DNA from: Somniosus microcephalus | Lineage: Eukaryota | Reading direction: 5' to 3' | DNA: 64,000 bases | Assembly: GCA_052327205.1 (NCBI GenBank) | Contig: CM126208.1 | Coordinates: 82,460,001 to 82,524,000 of the forward strand | In this document: in pieces, positions 38,201 to 51,664 of the stretch | Numbering within the stretch: the first letter of the stretch is position 1 | Layout: the number at the start of each line of letters is the position of its first letter | The notes under the pieces: generated by a model | What the model was told of the DNA's origin: nothing | Seen by the model: the letters and a program-made list of their open reading frames with translations, nothing else | Database searches by the model: none | Position numbers and translations under genes: made by a program

Positions 38201-40818
38201 GGGAAATGAAAGCAGAGGGAAACATGTAAGACAAGGGAAAAAAAGAGGATTAAATCAATATTCAATGATTAAACCACCACAAATTGTGAGCATGCCCAGG
38301 GTTGGATTCTAGCACTTTTTAAAAAATATAAGGCCATATTATTTCAGGAGTAGCCTTCAAATGATCTGCTTTCTGCCACTTTAGTTTTGCAATTTACTTC
38401 AGTGTTTATTGCTAGTACCACATGCCCCTCTCGCCTCACGTACTGCAATGGTGATCCAGTGACGCCTGAGGTCAAGTGGAGTGTCAAACTTGTCAGTGAG
38501 CTGTGACAGTTCATGCTGGATGTTGCATTGTAACAAAAACTGGGTCAGTCTGTTTCAATTGGTGGATTTTTTTTTGCTCATGGTATCTTGCTTTTCTTGC
38601 ATGCTTTAGGTGTCGAGATTTAATGGTCAGGGCCATGTATATGCTACGATATGCTATCTACACAGTGCCATTTCCCATCATTCGACATTGTAACTCCTTA
38701 CTCATATGTGCTACAGCCATTTTGATTTTGGTTTCCAAGATTAATCCTCTTTCTTTGATCATTACGCAGTGTAATAATTTTGCTCATGGGCGATGCACTT
38801 CATGTCACTTAGCTGTGCAGTAAATATTACTATTCCTTGCCATTTACTCTACGTATTGTAATGTTTGTATTATTAATGAGCATCTTGATATATCCGCTGA
38901 GGTGTCCCAAATGTTTACTGAGCAAAGTATAGTCTATGTAAATGCAAACTATTGTAGAGTTTTGCAGGGAATGGGAATATTTTGCAAACTTAATTGCACA
39001 GCTAAATGAGCCCAGTTTTTCCATCTGGCAGGAATGTTCTCCACGCATAGTAATATCTGCAATTGTGCTATGGAACTTGAATAAACAAATGTGTGGTGAG
39101 ATTGCTTTTGCTAAGATGGCCCTGGAGTTTTATAGGGGTTGGTGGCAGGGTAATTAGAAACACACTTTTCCTCATCTCTAGTATATCTTTAACTGTTAGA
39201 AAGCCATTGAACCCTTTGAAACATTCTCTGCTGTTTTTTCCCAGTTTGCCGCAACCACCTTCTAGCATTGGGAATGTGTGTTTTTTTTTCTTGTTTCTTT
39301 GGAAACCAGAACTTATAAGGAAACATGGCTACTATATTGGCATAGGATCATATATTTCTTATTGGTGGACAGTGTATGGGTTTAATAATGAATAGTTCTT
39401 TTAAAAATTAATCTATCGCCACAGAACTGAAATTATTTTATTTACACTTTCTAATGGCTCCATCAGCTTAAGTAAAAGGAGGTGCATTATAATTTTCTCG
39501 ACATGAAAGATGCATTTGGTTCTAAAATAAGATATTGTACTAGGTATTTTATTGTCTAGCCTCCAGAGAGTGTCACGGTGTGCACAAGAGGTTATGTTCC
39601 AAATCTAATGTCTGAGCCTGCTGTTTGTATCAGCTGTTTGTTAGATTAACTTTTTTTCTTATTTTGATAATTTTGTTTCTTTGTCATTTTTAATTTTGCT
39701 GCAATATCAAAATGTTTATGTGAAATAAGTGTAATTGAGACTATACGGCCATCTTCTTAGCAGCAGGACCTCAGGAACAGAAAACAAACTGAATTCAGTA
39801 GCTACTCTGACAGTATTTATGCAGGTTTTCATAAAGTATCATTATAGTTTGAAGTGAATGAACAATACAGCATCCACCTACTAGGGAAATACATTTGTTA
39901 ATTTATTTTCAACTGAAAAACTTGAATTATAAAATAAACTTCTGTAACTTTTTTTTAGATTTATAAATTATTACAGAAAATCTGTGTAAAAGCTAAAATA
40001 ATTGCCCATTCATAACAATAAATAGATGGATGATGTCAATAAATTAATTGAACTTCGAAATTTAAATTCATTTTCATCTTCAAAAAAAGTTGATTTAAAA
40101 AGAAATCTGTGTTTCAAATGATCTTCAACTACTTTATTAATTAGATTTTCACTTTTTAAATAAAACTTTGGGCCTAATGTTGCAGGACAATAAGTATATT
40201 ATGCACACTTAAAGCGTTTGCCTGAAATTGCTCTCTGCGATTTTAAGAGGTTTTAAGCCATTTATTTTAAACCGGTTAACGCTGTGCTAAAATAGTGGAA
40301 AGAGGAATTTCAAACAAACCTGTTAAGCATTCATATGCTATCGTGTTCTACAACGTAATTTCAGAGCTATAATTTCTGTAATACAGCCCATTTCCCTTTT
40401 TTAAAGAAAAAAACAATCGGCACAGCCAGAAGCAGGAAATTGTTTCAGTGGTTGAAGGGTTAAGCTGTAAAGACAGTGAACATACTGGTGAATTCAAACC
40501 CTCAAATACATCTGTATTTTAGAGTCACCCCAGGCAGTATATATGGCATCAAGCAATGGAACTTATTATAAGAGAAGCTTTTGTTCATGGATATTTCTAG
40601 TAGAGAAGTGAAAATGTGAGTACAAAGAACACATGGCCTCAGTGTCCACAACTGCTTTTAGTGCTGGGTTCAATATGTGTTGAAAGGTCCTCACTCAATA
40701 TTTTATTTAAATTTGAATATTTATTAGTAATAGAATGCAGAAATGTGTTTTGTTTAGCTTTGTGAATGTGAAAAGAAAATACTTTCACTTTTTTAAAAAA
40801 AAGAAAATTATTTTGCAG

Positions 40819-40908
40819 AATTCTACCTTGACAATTGAAGAATTTCATTCCAAACTTCAAGAAGCTACGAATTTCCCCCTCCGACCTTTTGTTATACCGT
40901 TTCTAAAG
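40819..40908 (+). CDS. RUNX1T1: RUNX1T1 exon 4 (NHR1/TAFH)
   Basis: ttgcag|AATTCT...AAG|gtattt; [30 protein letters not shown]; 90 nt. Confidence 0.97.
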
Positions 40909-42669
40909 GTATTTGCAACATTTCCCATTTATCTTCTAACCATTTGAAAATCTGTCCCTACCGAATTAACTGTGCAATTGGTATAGACAATTCTGTAACT
41001 GGTATTTTAAGGGTTAAAACCTGCTGTTACTGAAATATTAGAATAATAATACTTGCATTTATACTAGAAATTTGCCTTAATGACTTACTTTTCAGAGTTC
41101 AGTGAAGGATTTGTTGGCAAACCTGAAAGTTATGTTTAATAAAGGAAAAGAACATCAGTGTAGGGTTCCAGTTTATTCCAATAGTCCATAATTCATGTCT
41201 GATTCTACAGCTTCTGTTAGTATTTCTAAATCCGTGAAATAATTTCCTTTAGACTGTCGGATCAAATGCATGTTTTCCGCTAAGGATTTCAAATCTATTC
41301 CCACCTCCTCCTTCAAAAGAGTGCAGGAAATTGGATGGATATTTTTTTTCCCCTTGCTATTGCCCCTAAATTGTACCATCGGAAGTTGGGTGCACACCCT
41401 TCCATCATAGAACCCCAAGGAGCAGCTGGCGATCCCCTCTCACTGAACCGCCAGCAAATCCTGACCTAACTCTACAGAGTGGCTGCAGGAATAGGCAGGC
41501 GCATACCAACAAATGACTGACAGATTTTAAATAATAAATTAAAACTACTTTTGAAATGGCTTCAGTCACCAAGGCCCAGCTTGTTAGAAGTATACTTCTG
41601 TATGTGCTTGTTTTCTTGCGTGAACTGCCATTCCTTTCCAAGAACTGGCACGCGAAATCAAGATGGACTAATTGGGATTTGTCTGTGCCACAGTCCAACA
41701 TTCTAAAATATGAGCATCATTTTGAAAGCTTAAGGGTGTTTTGTTTATATATTTTTAATAAAAGCACATAATTGTTGCTTGCTTTTGGCCAAGCAACTAC
41801 AAGCGCTATGTTTGCATTGCATCATGCAAATGCCATTTCCTTTGTGAATATTACTGACTTTTTCATCGTGGAAACCGCTCCCTTTAGGATCAGGTTGGCG
41901 GTGAAAAAAGCCAAAAAAGCATACAAGGACACTTCCAGAATCTTCCCTCACTGCTGTACGCCATATGGTTACCATATCATTTCATAGGGGATCACTGGAA
42001 TCAAAGATGCAACTTTTTCTAATTTTAGTGCCTTTCCTCAAAGGAGACATTAATGACAAAAACCATATGGTTGTGGGAACGTGGACCTTAATAACTGCAT
42101 TCAATCCCAGCTGTAACAATATGCATTAAAGTCTTGTTTTCATTAGGCTAATGTAAGCCACAGACTCTTGATTCTATTTCATGTTACGGGGAATCATTTA
42201 CAGGAAAGATATTAGACACCATTATAATTACTTTCTCTGGTACTGGGATTCCACCCTCCCCCCACTACTTTGTGTTGTCACTTCCTTAGTTTGGTGAAGC
42301 ATTTAAATTGAAATTAACTCTTTGGGTACTGAAATTCAATGGAAATTTGAACATTTAAAAAAATATCTGCAAAAATGATTTTCCTGTGAATTTCAGATAT
42401 TGCATCTGATAAATGTATTGGATTCTCACAGTATTGCTTCTTTCAAGGCAGCTGTTAAAATTTTGATATAACACTACTAAACTTCAATAAACCTCCATAG
42501 TCTTCTACAGAATAACTCTTACAATATCAGTAAATGCATTTGTGCAAAACCTGGCAAAGTTTCTGTTTGTAAAGTAGGATAAGGGTTCAAATGTAGAGTT
42601 ACATGAATGTATTCCTTATTTTGTGTGGGGCACCTCCAGATTTCATATGTGCTGCTGAACCTGGCTCAC

Positions 42670-43290
42670 CAAGACCGTGCACTATTTTAACATCCTATTT
42701 GATCCACCCCACTGGGCTTCAAATCCCATAGCATTTCCATTACTAAGACGGCTTGCATTTGCAATATGGCCACTGCCACCCAAACCTTTTTGTTACCTCA
42801 AGATTTTATTTCTCAATTTCCTCCTCATTCGCTTCCCAACCTATACCCTTGATGAGCTCCTACTTGTCTAAAACACCGATGCTCACGTCATGTTTTACAC
42901 TAGGTCCTGCTTGTCCATCACCTCTGTACTCACTGACCTACAATGACTCCCATCCTAATCTAAAAATTCCTCCACAGCCTCGCACCATCCTACCTCCTCT
43001 AATTTTATGCCCTCTTGCGCTCACTGGTCCTCCGACTCTAGCCTTCTGCGTTTATACCATTCCTTCAACTCCACCATTGGTGGCAGAACCTTCCACTGTC
43101 TCAGCCCAGCTCTCTGGAACTCCCCCTCCATCTCACTGCTGCTTCTCTCCATGTTTAAAATCCTCTTTAAAACTCACTGCTCTGACCAAACCTTCAGTCA
43201 CCTAATGGTTCAGCATCCATTTATTTTTATCTTGTGAAATGCCTGGGATTTTTCTACATTAAAAGTGCTTAGTAAATGCAAATTGTTGAA
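42670..43290 (+). mobile_element. Degraded L2 LINE 3' fragment
   Basis: Decayed ..TIGGRTF..PALWNS..FKILFKTH; tail GTGAAATGCCTGGGA..AAATGCAAATTGTTG. Confidence 0.6.
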
Positions 43291-43329
43291 AAATAAAATT
43301 GCAAAACAACAGAGAAATGTTTTACAAAG

Positions 43330-43760
43330 AAAAGACTTGCATTTATATAGCACCTTTCATGACCTCAGGATGTCCTAAAATGCTTTACACCCAATGAAGT
43401 ACTTTTTGGGGTGTACTCACTGTTGCAATGTAGGAAATGCGGCAACCAGCACAGCAAGATCCCACAACCAGCAATGTGATAATGACCAGATAATCTGCTC
43501 AGTGATGTTGGTTGAGGGATAAATATTCGTCAGGACACCGGGGATAACTCCCCTGCTCTTTTTCAAAATAGTGCCAAAGGATATTTTACATCCACCTCGA
43601 CAGGACCTCGGTTTACCAACACATCTGACAATGCAAGGCTCCTCAGTACGTCACTGGAGTGTTATCCTAGATTTTGTGCTCAAGTCTTTGGAGTAAGACT
43701 TGAACCCACAATTTTCTGACTCTGAAGCAAGTGTGCTACCACTGAGGAATGGCTGATACT
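43330..43760 (-). mobile_element. Deu-domain SINE
   Basis: Reverse complement of the 911 SINE from tail (GACTTGCATTTATATAGC) to tRNA head (GTGCTACCACTGAG). Confidence 0.75.
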
Positions 43761-45156
43761 GTAAATACCAGCTGACATGGTTTTAATAAATTAGACCAGA
43801 AAAGTGAGTTTTCTGGGTGCTCTCTTTCTTCCACCACCTACTTTCTCCTACTTTCTGGATAACTAGGATTAAAGACCTTGTTTTTTTTAAAATAAACTGC
43901 TTTATTGGTGTAGTGTCCGAGGATCAATAATACTCAGACTGCAGGAGAACAATAAAACAGGTATTTACTGAACAGAGAGTAATTCAAGACTGAAATACAG
44001 AAGCCTGCTATGGCTTTATATACAGGGGTGGTCACTGCCGGTACTGCAGTATAGAATCAGTTCTTCTCTTAAAGGCACATACACAACAATTGGGTTTTCA
44101 AGAATTTTACATTTACAAGCTATCAAGTTATTAGTTATGTACATAGATGTACATTTATTTTCTGAAGCATTTGTAAAATGAGGTGCTTTGGGTAGAATAC
44201 AGGAATCTGTACCAATTAAGCTGGAATCCCATCAGTGGGTCAAGGGGGGGGGGGGTGGGTGGAGGTAGCTGAAAGCTGCAATAGCTGATGGTAGATTCCC
44301 AAACCTAGTTTAATTGCCAGCTTCAATATATATTAAAACATGCTTGGTTTTTGTTGGGTTTGTTTGCCTAGACCTCCAGATAAGGAAGAGATAGCCATCT
44401 ATGGATGATGAGACCAGGGCAAGTCTTAATGTGTAATGTACATCTCCTATTGGTCAGTTGTAATGCTGTGGGCGGGAATGGAGAATTAGCCACTCCACCT
44501 ACTTGGCTGAAGAAGACAGAGTGATGGTTGTGTAGCCCTATGGAATGGGAAGAATGTTTTTAAAAGTTTGAATTGATTCAAAAAAATAGAATGTGAGAAC
44601 AACACAATAATGATTTGAATTTCTAGGTTACTGCTTGAAATCTACCAGTGAATAATGATTGTTTGCTATTGGCTTAGATACTTTATAAACTTATCTGTGT
44701 GCAAGAGGTTCAACACATGAACCATTCTTTTTTATTAATTTGGAACTGCTTTCCTTTCAGAAGTTTTATTAATTTTTCATAGGTTTTTTTGTGTATGATG
44801 TTTCCAGGAAGTCAAAGTTGAGCCATGTCTTTGGAGTAGCATGGATTTTCTTTTTCCTGTAGAAAAATATCCTTTCTATTTTTTTGTTTGGAGGCAAGAC
44901 AATATCATTAGTATGCATTCCAAAATTATTCAATTACATTAGATTGGCCTTGTGACACTGCTACACCTGAGCATTTTCTTTTTGTTTTCCATTTGTTGCT
45001 TATTTTCTCCCCTCCCTTCCCCTCCCCATTCCCTGAAATTGTTGCTTTTTTCTGGGGTATAATTACTTTGGCAGCGCTGCCCAAATAGCCATTAATTACT
45101 TGAGCTCAGACGGGGAATGCTAGAAAACTCTTTTGACCACAGAGCATTGCAGACTA

Positions 45157-46001
45157 TGATTTGGACAGGTTGGGTGATTGCAGATGCAATATAACGTGGA
45201 TAAATGCGAGGTTATCCACTTTAGTGGCAAAAACAGGAAGGCAGATTATTATCTGAATTATCTGAATGGCAATAGATTGGGAGAAGGGGAAGTGCAACGA
45301 GACCTGGGTGTCCTTGTGCACCAGTCGCTGAAGGTAAGCACGCAGGTGCAGCAGGCGGTTAAGGCAAATGGCATGTTGGCCTTCGTAGCGAGAGGGTTTG
45401 AGTACAGGAACAAGGATGTCTTGCTGCAGTTATACAGGGCCTTGGTGAGACCACACCTTGAGTATTGTGTGCAGTTTTGGTCACCTTATCTGAGGAAGGA
45501 TGTTCTTGCCATGGAAGGAGTTGAGCGAAGATTCACCAGGCTGATACCTGGGATGGCAGGAATGACGTATGAGGAGAGATTGGGTCGATTGGGCTTGTAC
45601 TCGCTGGAGTTTAGAAGAATGAGAGGGGATCTCATTGAAACTTATAAAATTCTGACAGGACTGGACAGACTAGATGCAGGAAGGATGTTCCCGATGGTCG
45701 GGGAGTCCAGATCCAGGGGTCACAGTTTAAGGATAAGGGGTAGGCCATTTAGGACAGAAATGAGGAGAAATTTCTTCACCCAGAGAGTGGTGAACCTGTG
45801 GAATTCTTTACCACAGAAGGCAGTAGAGGCCAATACATTCAATATATTTAAGAAGGAGTTGGATATATTTCTTAAGGCTAAAGGGATCAAGTGGTATGGG
45901 GAGAAAGCAGGGACCGGGTACTGAATTTGGATGATCAGCCATGATCGCATTGAATGGCGGAGCAGGCTCGAGGGGCCGAATGGCCTACTCCTATCTTCTA
46001 T
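45157..46001 (+). mobile_element. CR1 LINE 3' fragment with 5-bp TSD GACTA
   Basis: ORF 45178..45924 (YNVDKCEVIH..RPHLEYCVQFWSP..); GACTA at 45152-45156 and 46002-46006. Confidence 0.9.
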
Positions 46002-46027
46002 GACTAGCCCAATCTTGTTCTTGCCCA

Positions 46028-46664
46028 TCTTCTTCTTAGGCAGTCCCTCGGAACTGTGAATGACTTGCTTCCACATTAAAAATGAGTTTGCAGGTGACCG
46101 ATGAGTCCAATGCGGGACCTACAGTCTCTTTCACAGGTGGGGCAGACAGTGGTTGAAGGGGCGGGTGGGTGGGGTGCTTGGGTTGACTTGCGCTGCCTGC
46201 GCTTGGCTTCCGCTTGCTCCCGGCAAAGAGACTCGAGGTGTTCGGCGCCTTCTCGGATGCTTCTCCTCCACTTTGTGCGGTCTTGGGCCAGGGATTCCCA
46301 GGTGTCGATGGGGATGTTGCACTTTTTCAAGGAGGCTTTGAGAGTGTCCTTGAAGTGTTTCCTCTGCCCACCTGGGGCTCTCTTGCCGTGCCAGAGCTCC
46401 GAGTAGAGCGCTTGTTTTGGGAGTCTCGTATCAGACATGCGGACAATGTGACCCGTCCATCGGAGTTGATTGAGCGTGGTCAAAGCTTCGATGCTGGGGA
46501 TGTTGGCCTGAGCAAAAACACTGACGTCGGTGCGCCTATCCTGCCCAATGGATTGGCAGGATCTTGCGGAGGCAGCGTTGGTAGTACCTCTCCAGTGCTT
46601 TGAGGTGCCTGCTGTACATGGTCCATGTCTCTGAGGCATACAGCAGGGTGGGTATCACTGCTGC
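46028..46664 (-). mobile_element. RTE-clade LINE, 3' part
   Basis: AAVIPTLLYASETW..LRWTGHIVRMSDTRLPKQALYSEL..CPTCERDCRSRIGLIGHLQTH; (AAG)n tail. Confidence 0.85.
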
Positions 46665-49600
46665 CAGGGTTAAGGACATCTCCTCTGGGCTGGAAAGAAA
46701 CTTGCAGTGGGAGGGGGTGGATCCAGTTGTCGTGGTCCATGTTGGTACAAACGACGTAGATAGGACTAGGAAGCCAGTTCTGTTAAAGGAGTATGAGTAG
46801 CTAGGGGTCAAATTCAAAAACAGAACCTCAAGGGTAATAATCTCTGGATTATTACCTGAGCCACGAGCGAATTTGGCTAGGACAAATAAAATTAGAGAGT
46901 TAAATGCGTGGCTCAAAGACTGGTGTGGGAGAAATGGGTTTTGCTTCCTGGGACACTGGCACCAGTACTGGGGCAGGAGGGAGCTGTTCCGTTGGGACGG
47001 GCTTCACTTGGCCAGTGCTGGGACTAGAGTCCTGGTGGATCATATAACTAGGGCTGTAGAGAGGGCTTTAAACTAATTAGTGGGGGGAGGTTCCTAGAGA
47101 GCAAATAATAAAAATGACAACAGAGAAGGTCATAGACTTAGGTAGCAGTGGGGAAATTAAAAACCAGAGCGTGTCAGGAAGGGACAGAAGGTATGGAGTA
47201 AAAGGTAAAGTAATAAAAAGGGCAAAAGCAGGAACTAAGTGTCACAAAACATATTTGAAAGTTCTCTATCTGAATGCACGTAGCATTCGTAACAAAATAG
47301 ACGAGTTAATGGCACAAATAACTACATATGGGTATGATCTTGTGGCCATTACAGAAACATGGCTGCAGGGTGACAATGCCTGGGAATTAAACATACCAGG
47401 TTATTTAACGATCAGGAAGGACAGGCAGGAAGGAAGGGGAGGTGGGGTGGCTATGTTAATAAAGGAAGGAATCACTGTAATACAGAGAAATGATATTGGG
47501 TCAAAAGATCAGGATAATGAAACAGTTTGGGTGGAGATAAGGAATAATAAGGGGGAAAAAACACTAGTGGGCGTAGTCTATAGGCCTCCGAACAGTGGCA
47601 ACTCTGTTGGACGGAGTATCAATCAGGAAATAGTTGAGGCTTGTAATAAGGGAACATCTATAATTATGGGGGATTTTAACTATCATATTAATTGGACAAA
47701 TCAAATTGGGCAGGGCTGCCTTGAGGATGAGTTCATTGAGTGTATTAGGGATGGGTTTCTTGAGCAGTATGTAACTGAACCGACCAGGGGGCAAGCAACC
47801 TTAGATCTGGTCCTGTGTAATGAGACAGGATTAATTAAAAATGTCCTAGTAAAGGCTCCCCTTGGAATGAGTGACCATAACCTGGTTGAATTCCATATTC
47901 AATTAGAGGGTGAGAAGGTTGGATCTCAAACAAGCGTGCTAAGCTTGAATAAAGGAGACTATGAAGGTATGAGAGCGGAATTGAGTAGAGTGGATTGGGA
48001 AAATAGATTAAAGGGTAAGACGATACATGATCAGTGGTGTACATTTAAGGAGTTATTTTACAACTTCCAAAAAATATATATTCCACTGAGAAGAAAAGGG
48101 TGTAAAAGAAAAGACAGCCCTCCATGGCTAAGTAAAGAAATTAAGGATAGTATTCGACTAAAAACAAGGGCATATAAGGTAGCCAAATCTAGTGGGAGGA
48201 TAGAGGATTGGGAAAACTTTAAAAGACAGCAAAAAATAACAAAAAGATTGATTAAGAAAGGGAAGATAGATTATGAAAGTAAATTAGCAAAAAATATGAA
48301 AACAGATAGTAAGAGTTTTTTATAGTTATATAAAAAGAAAAAGGGTGGCTAAAGTAAATGTTGGTCCCTTAGAGGATGAGACCGGGAAATTAATGGTGGG
48401 AAATATGGAGATGGCAAAAACACTGAATGAATATTTTGTATCAGTCTTTACAGTAGAGGACACTAAGAATATCCCGACACTGGACAAACAGGGGGCTATA
48501 GGGGGGGAGGAGCTAAACACGATCAAAATCACGAAGGAAGTGGTACTCGGTAAAATAATGGGACTCAAGGCGGATAAATCACCTGGACCTGATGGCTTAC
48601 ATCCTAGGGTCTTGAGGGAAGTGGCGGTAGGGATTGTGGATGCATTTAGTAATAATTTTCCAAAACTCCCTGGACTCAGCAAAGGTCCCGGCAGACTGGA
48701 AAACTGCTAATGTAACACCATTATTTAAAAAGGGCAGTCGACAGAAGGCTGGAAACTATAGACCAGTTAGCCTAACATCTGTGGTAGGTAAAATTTTGGA
48801 GTCCATTATTAAGGAGACAGTAACAGGACATTTGGATAATCATAATTTAATAGGACAAAGTCAGCATGGTTTTATGAAGGGGAAGTCATGTTTGACAAAT
48901 TTGCTGGAGTTCTTTGAGGAAGTAACATATAGGGTGGATAAAGGGGAACCAGTGGACGTAGTGTATTTAGACTTCCAAAAGGCATTTGACAAGGTGCCAC
49001 ACAAAAGATTATTGCTTAAGATAAAAAATCACGGGATTGGAGGTAATATTCTGGCATGGATAGAGGATTGGCTATCTAACAGAAGGCAGAGAGTTGGGAT
49101 AAATGGTTCATTCTCAGGCTGGCAATCAGTAACTAGTGGTGTTCCGCAGGGGTCAGTGCTGGGACCCCAACTCTTTACAATCTATATTAACGATTTGGAG
49201 GAGGGGACCGAGTGTAACGTATCAAAGTTTGCAGGTGCTACTAAGATGGGAGGGGACGTAGTGAGTGAGGAGGACATAAAAAACCTGCAAGGGGACATAG
49301 ACAGGCTAAGTAAGTGGGCAGAGATTTGGCAGATGGAATACAATACTGGAAAGTGTGAGGTTATGCACTTTGGCAGGAAAAATCGTACAGCAAGTTATTA
49401 TCTTAATGGCAAGAAACTGGAACGTACTGAAGTACAAAGGGATCTGGGGGTCCTGGTGCACGAAACTCAAAAGGTTAGTATGCAGGTGCAGCAAGTGATT
49501 AAGAAGGCCAATGGAATGTTGGCTTTCATTGCTAGGGGGATAGAATATAAAAATAGGGAGGTATTGCTTCAGTTGTACAAGGTATTGGTGAGACCGCACC

Positions 49601-50281
49601 TGGAATACTGCATACAGTTTTGGTGTCCATACTTAAGAAAAGACATACTTGCTCTCGAGTCAGTACAAAGAAGGTTCACTCGGTTAATCCTGGGGATGAG
49701 GGGATGGACATATGAGGAGAGGTTGAGTAGATTGGGACTCTACTCATTGGAGTTGAAGAATGAGGGGCGATCTTATTGAAACATATAAGATTGTGAAGGG
49801 GGTGGATGCGGGGAGGATGTTCCCGATGATGGGTGAAACTAGAACTAGGGGGCATAGTCTTAGAATAAGGGGCTGCTCTTTCAAAACTGAGATGAGGAGG
49901 AACTACTTCACTCAGAGGGTGGTAGGTCCATGGAATATGCTGCCCCAAAAAGCTGTAGAAGATACATCATTGCATAAATTTAAAACAGAAATAGACAGTT
50001 TCCTAGAAGTAAAGGGAATTAAGGGTTACGGGGAGCGGGCAGGAATTTGGACATGAGTCCATGTCCGATCCGAACCTAGCCCTGTGGGTAGCGGAGCGGG
50101 CCCAGGGACCGTGTAGCCTGATCCTGCTCCTATTTTGTGTGTCTAATTCTGTTAGATTCAGGAGATGGTTCTGTAATAGTAGATTGGCGGTTAGGATCAG
50201 ATCAGCCATGATCTTATTGAATGGCAGAGCAGGCTCGAGGGGCCGATTGGCCTACTCCTGCTCCTATTTCTTATGTTCTTA
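46665..50281 (+). mobile_element. Near-full-length CR1 LINE (ORF1 esterase end, ORF2 APE endonuclease + RT), inactivated
   Basis: ORF1 SGNH-type VHVGTND..DGLHL; APE motifs YLNARS, AITETW, VYRPP, MGDFN, SDH; RT motifs QHGF, DFQKAFDKV, GVPQGSVLGP. Catalytic FADD reads FAGA and ORF2 has about 3 frameshifts; (TTCTTATG)n tail. Confidence 0.93.
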
Positions 50282-50404
50282 TGCTCTGTAGACCATGGGC
50301 TTAGTGCCGGGTTTGAGGTCCTGGTCTTCAAACACTCTCTCTTCCTCAAGCGACCGAAGGCTGCATTGGCAGACTGAAGGCGGTGTTGGACTTCGTTGTT
50401 GACG
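50282..50404 (-). mobile_element. RTE LINE, 5' continuation of 46028-46664
   Basis: Minus strand reads EVQHRLQSANAAFGRLRKR/VFEDQDLKPGTKPMVYRA, which joins AVIPTLLY at 46664. Confidence 0.8.
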
Positions 50405-50732
50405 TATGATATACTTCCATCTGGCCTCTTGATTAGTAATCACGAGTCCTGGTGATTTTCCATCTCCCCAATCCAGGGGTGCTGAGCACTTCTGCAATTG
50501 CTTTGGTTCCAATCAATTCACAAGTTAATTACAAGTTTGGAAAGCCATTCAGCCAATCTTAGTCCATCCATCTAGGAAAATCCTGAATTCTGAATCCAAG
50601 TGAATGATCTAAATTCAAACCAGTGGCCCCATCACCAATCCCTGGGGCACACCACTTAATTCTTACCTCCCCACCCTGACCTCAACTCCTCCACTATGTA
50701 TCTGTTATTTTCGATCCTTCAGCCAATTTCTT

Positions 50733-50933
50733 CACCAGGACCCCCAGATCCCTTTGTACTTCAGTACTTTCTAGTTTCTTGCCATTAAGATAATAACTTG
50801 CTCTATGATTTTTCCTGTCAAAGTGCATAACCTCACACTTTCCAGTATTGTATTCCATCTGCCAAATCTCTGCCCACTTACTTAGCCTGTCTATGTCCCC
50901 TTGCAGGTTTTTTATGTCCTCCTCACTCACTAC
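50733..50933 (-). repeat. 201-bp inverted copy of CR1 internal segment 49258-49458
   Basis: Reverse-complement match with about 5 mismatches by eye; no LINE tail. Confidence 0.85.
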
Positions 50934-51143
50934 TTTTATTAACTGTCTTTTGGAATTCTATATATATTACATCACAGGACTTGCCACAGTCCACTTGGCT
51001 TGCCATTCCTCCACAAAGTTGAGCATATTGGTCAGACAGGACCCTTGTTGAATCCATTTTGACTGCTGTTTACTGTTATTATTATACATATAATCAATTT
51101 TACTCCTGGTAATTGATTCAATTATTTTGCCAGGCTATGATAT

Positions 51144-51590
51144 AAGACTTGCATTTATATAGCGCCTTTCACAACCTCAGGACATCCTAAAGCGCTTTAC
51201 AGCCAATGAAGTGTAGTCACCTTTTGTATTGTAGGAAACGCAGCAACCAATTGCACGCAGCAAGCTCCCACAGACAGCAATGTGATAATGCCCAGATAAT
51301 CTGTTTTTGTTATGTTGATTTTGAAGAATAAATATTGTCCGGGACACCGGGTGTACCCCCCCCCTACCCCCCCCCCGGCTCTTCTTCAAAATAGTGCCAT
51401 GGGATCTTTTACATCCACCTAAGAGAGCAGTCATCTCATCCAAAAGATGCACCCAACAGTGCAGCACTCCTCTCAGCACTGCACTGGAGTGTCAGCCTAG
51501 ACTTTTGTGCTCAAGTCTCTGGAGTGAGACTTGAACCCACAACCTTCTGACTTGGAGGCGAGTGTGCTACCCACTGTGCCACGGCTGATA
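51144..51590 (-). mobile_element. Deu-domain SINE
   Basis: Full-length reverse complement of the 911 SINE. Confidence 0.8.
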
Positions 51591-51664
51591 TGTAGTTGCC
51601 TGTGTCTGTGTTGTTGCCCTTTTTGAATATGAACGCTGTTAGCCTGTTTCCAACTTTTAAAACT

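Larger units (their letters stand above)
45020..50575 (-). mobile_element. LF-SINE-like host split into three pieces (45020-45156, 46002-46027, 50405-50575) by nested LINEs
   Basis: The pieces are collinear with the reverse-complement LF-SINE: ..GAGCATTGCAGACTA | GCCCAATCTTGTTCTTGCCC | ..CTGGTGATTTTCCATCTCCCCAATCCAGGGGTGCTGAG..CAATTG. Confidence 0.5.

Noticed and set aside
46536-46916. ORF suggesting a chimeric RTE/CR1 protein or head-to-head fusion element
   Set aside because: Explained by a CR1 inserted into an RTE; the RTE continues at 50282.
46665-50281. Potentially active LINE
   Set aside because: 5'-truncated ORF1 with an internal stop, frameshifted ORF2, and FADD mutated to FAGA.
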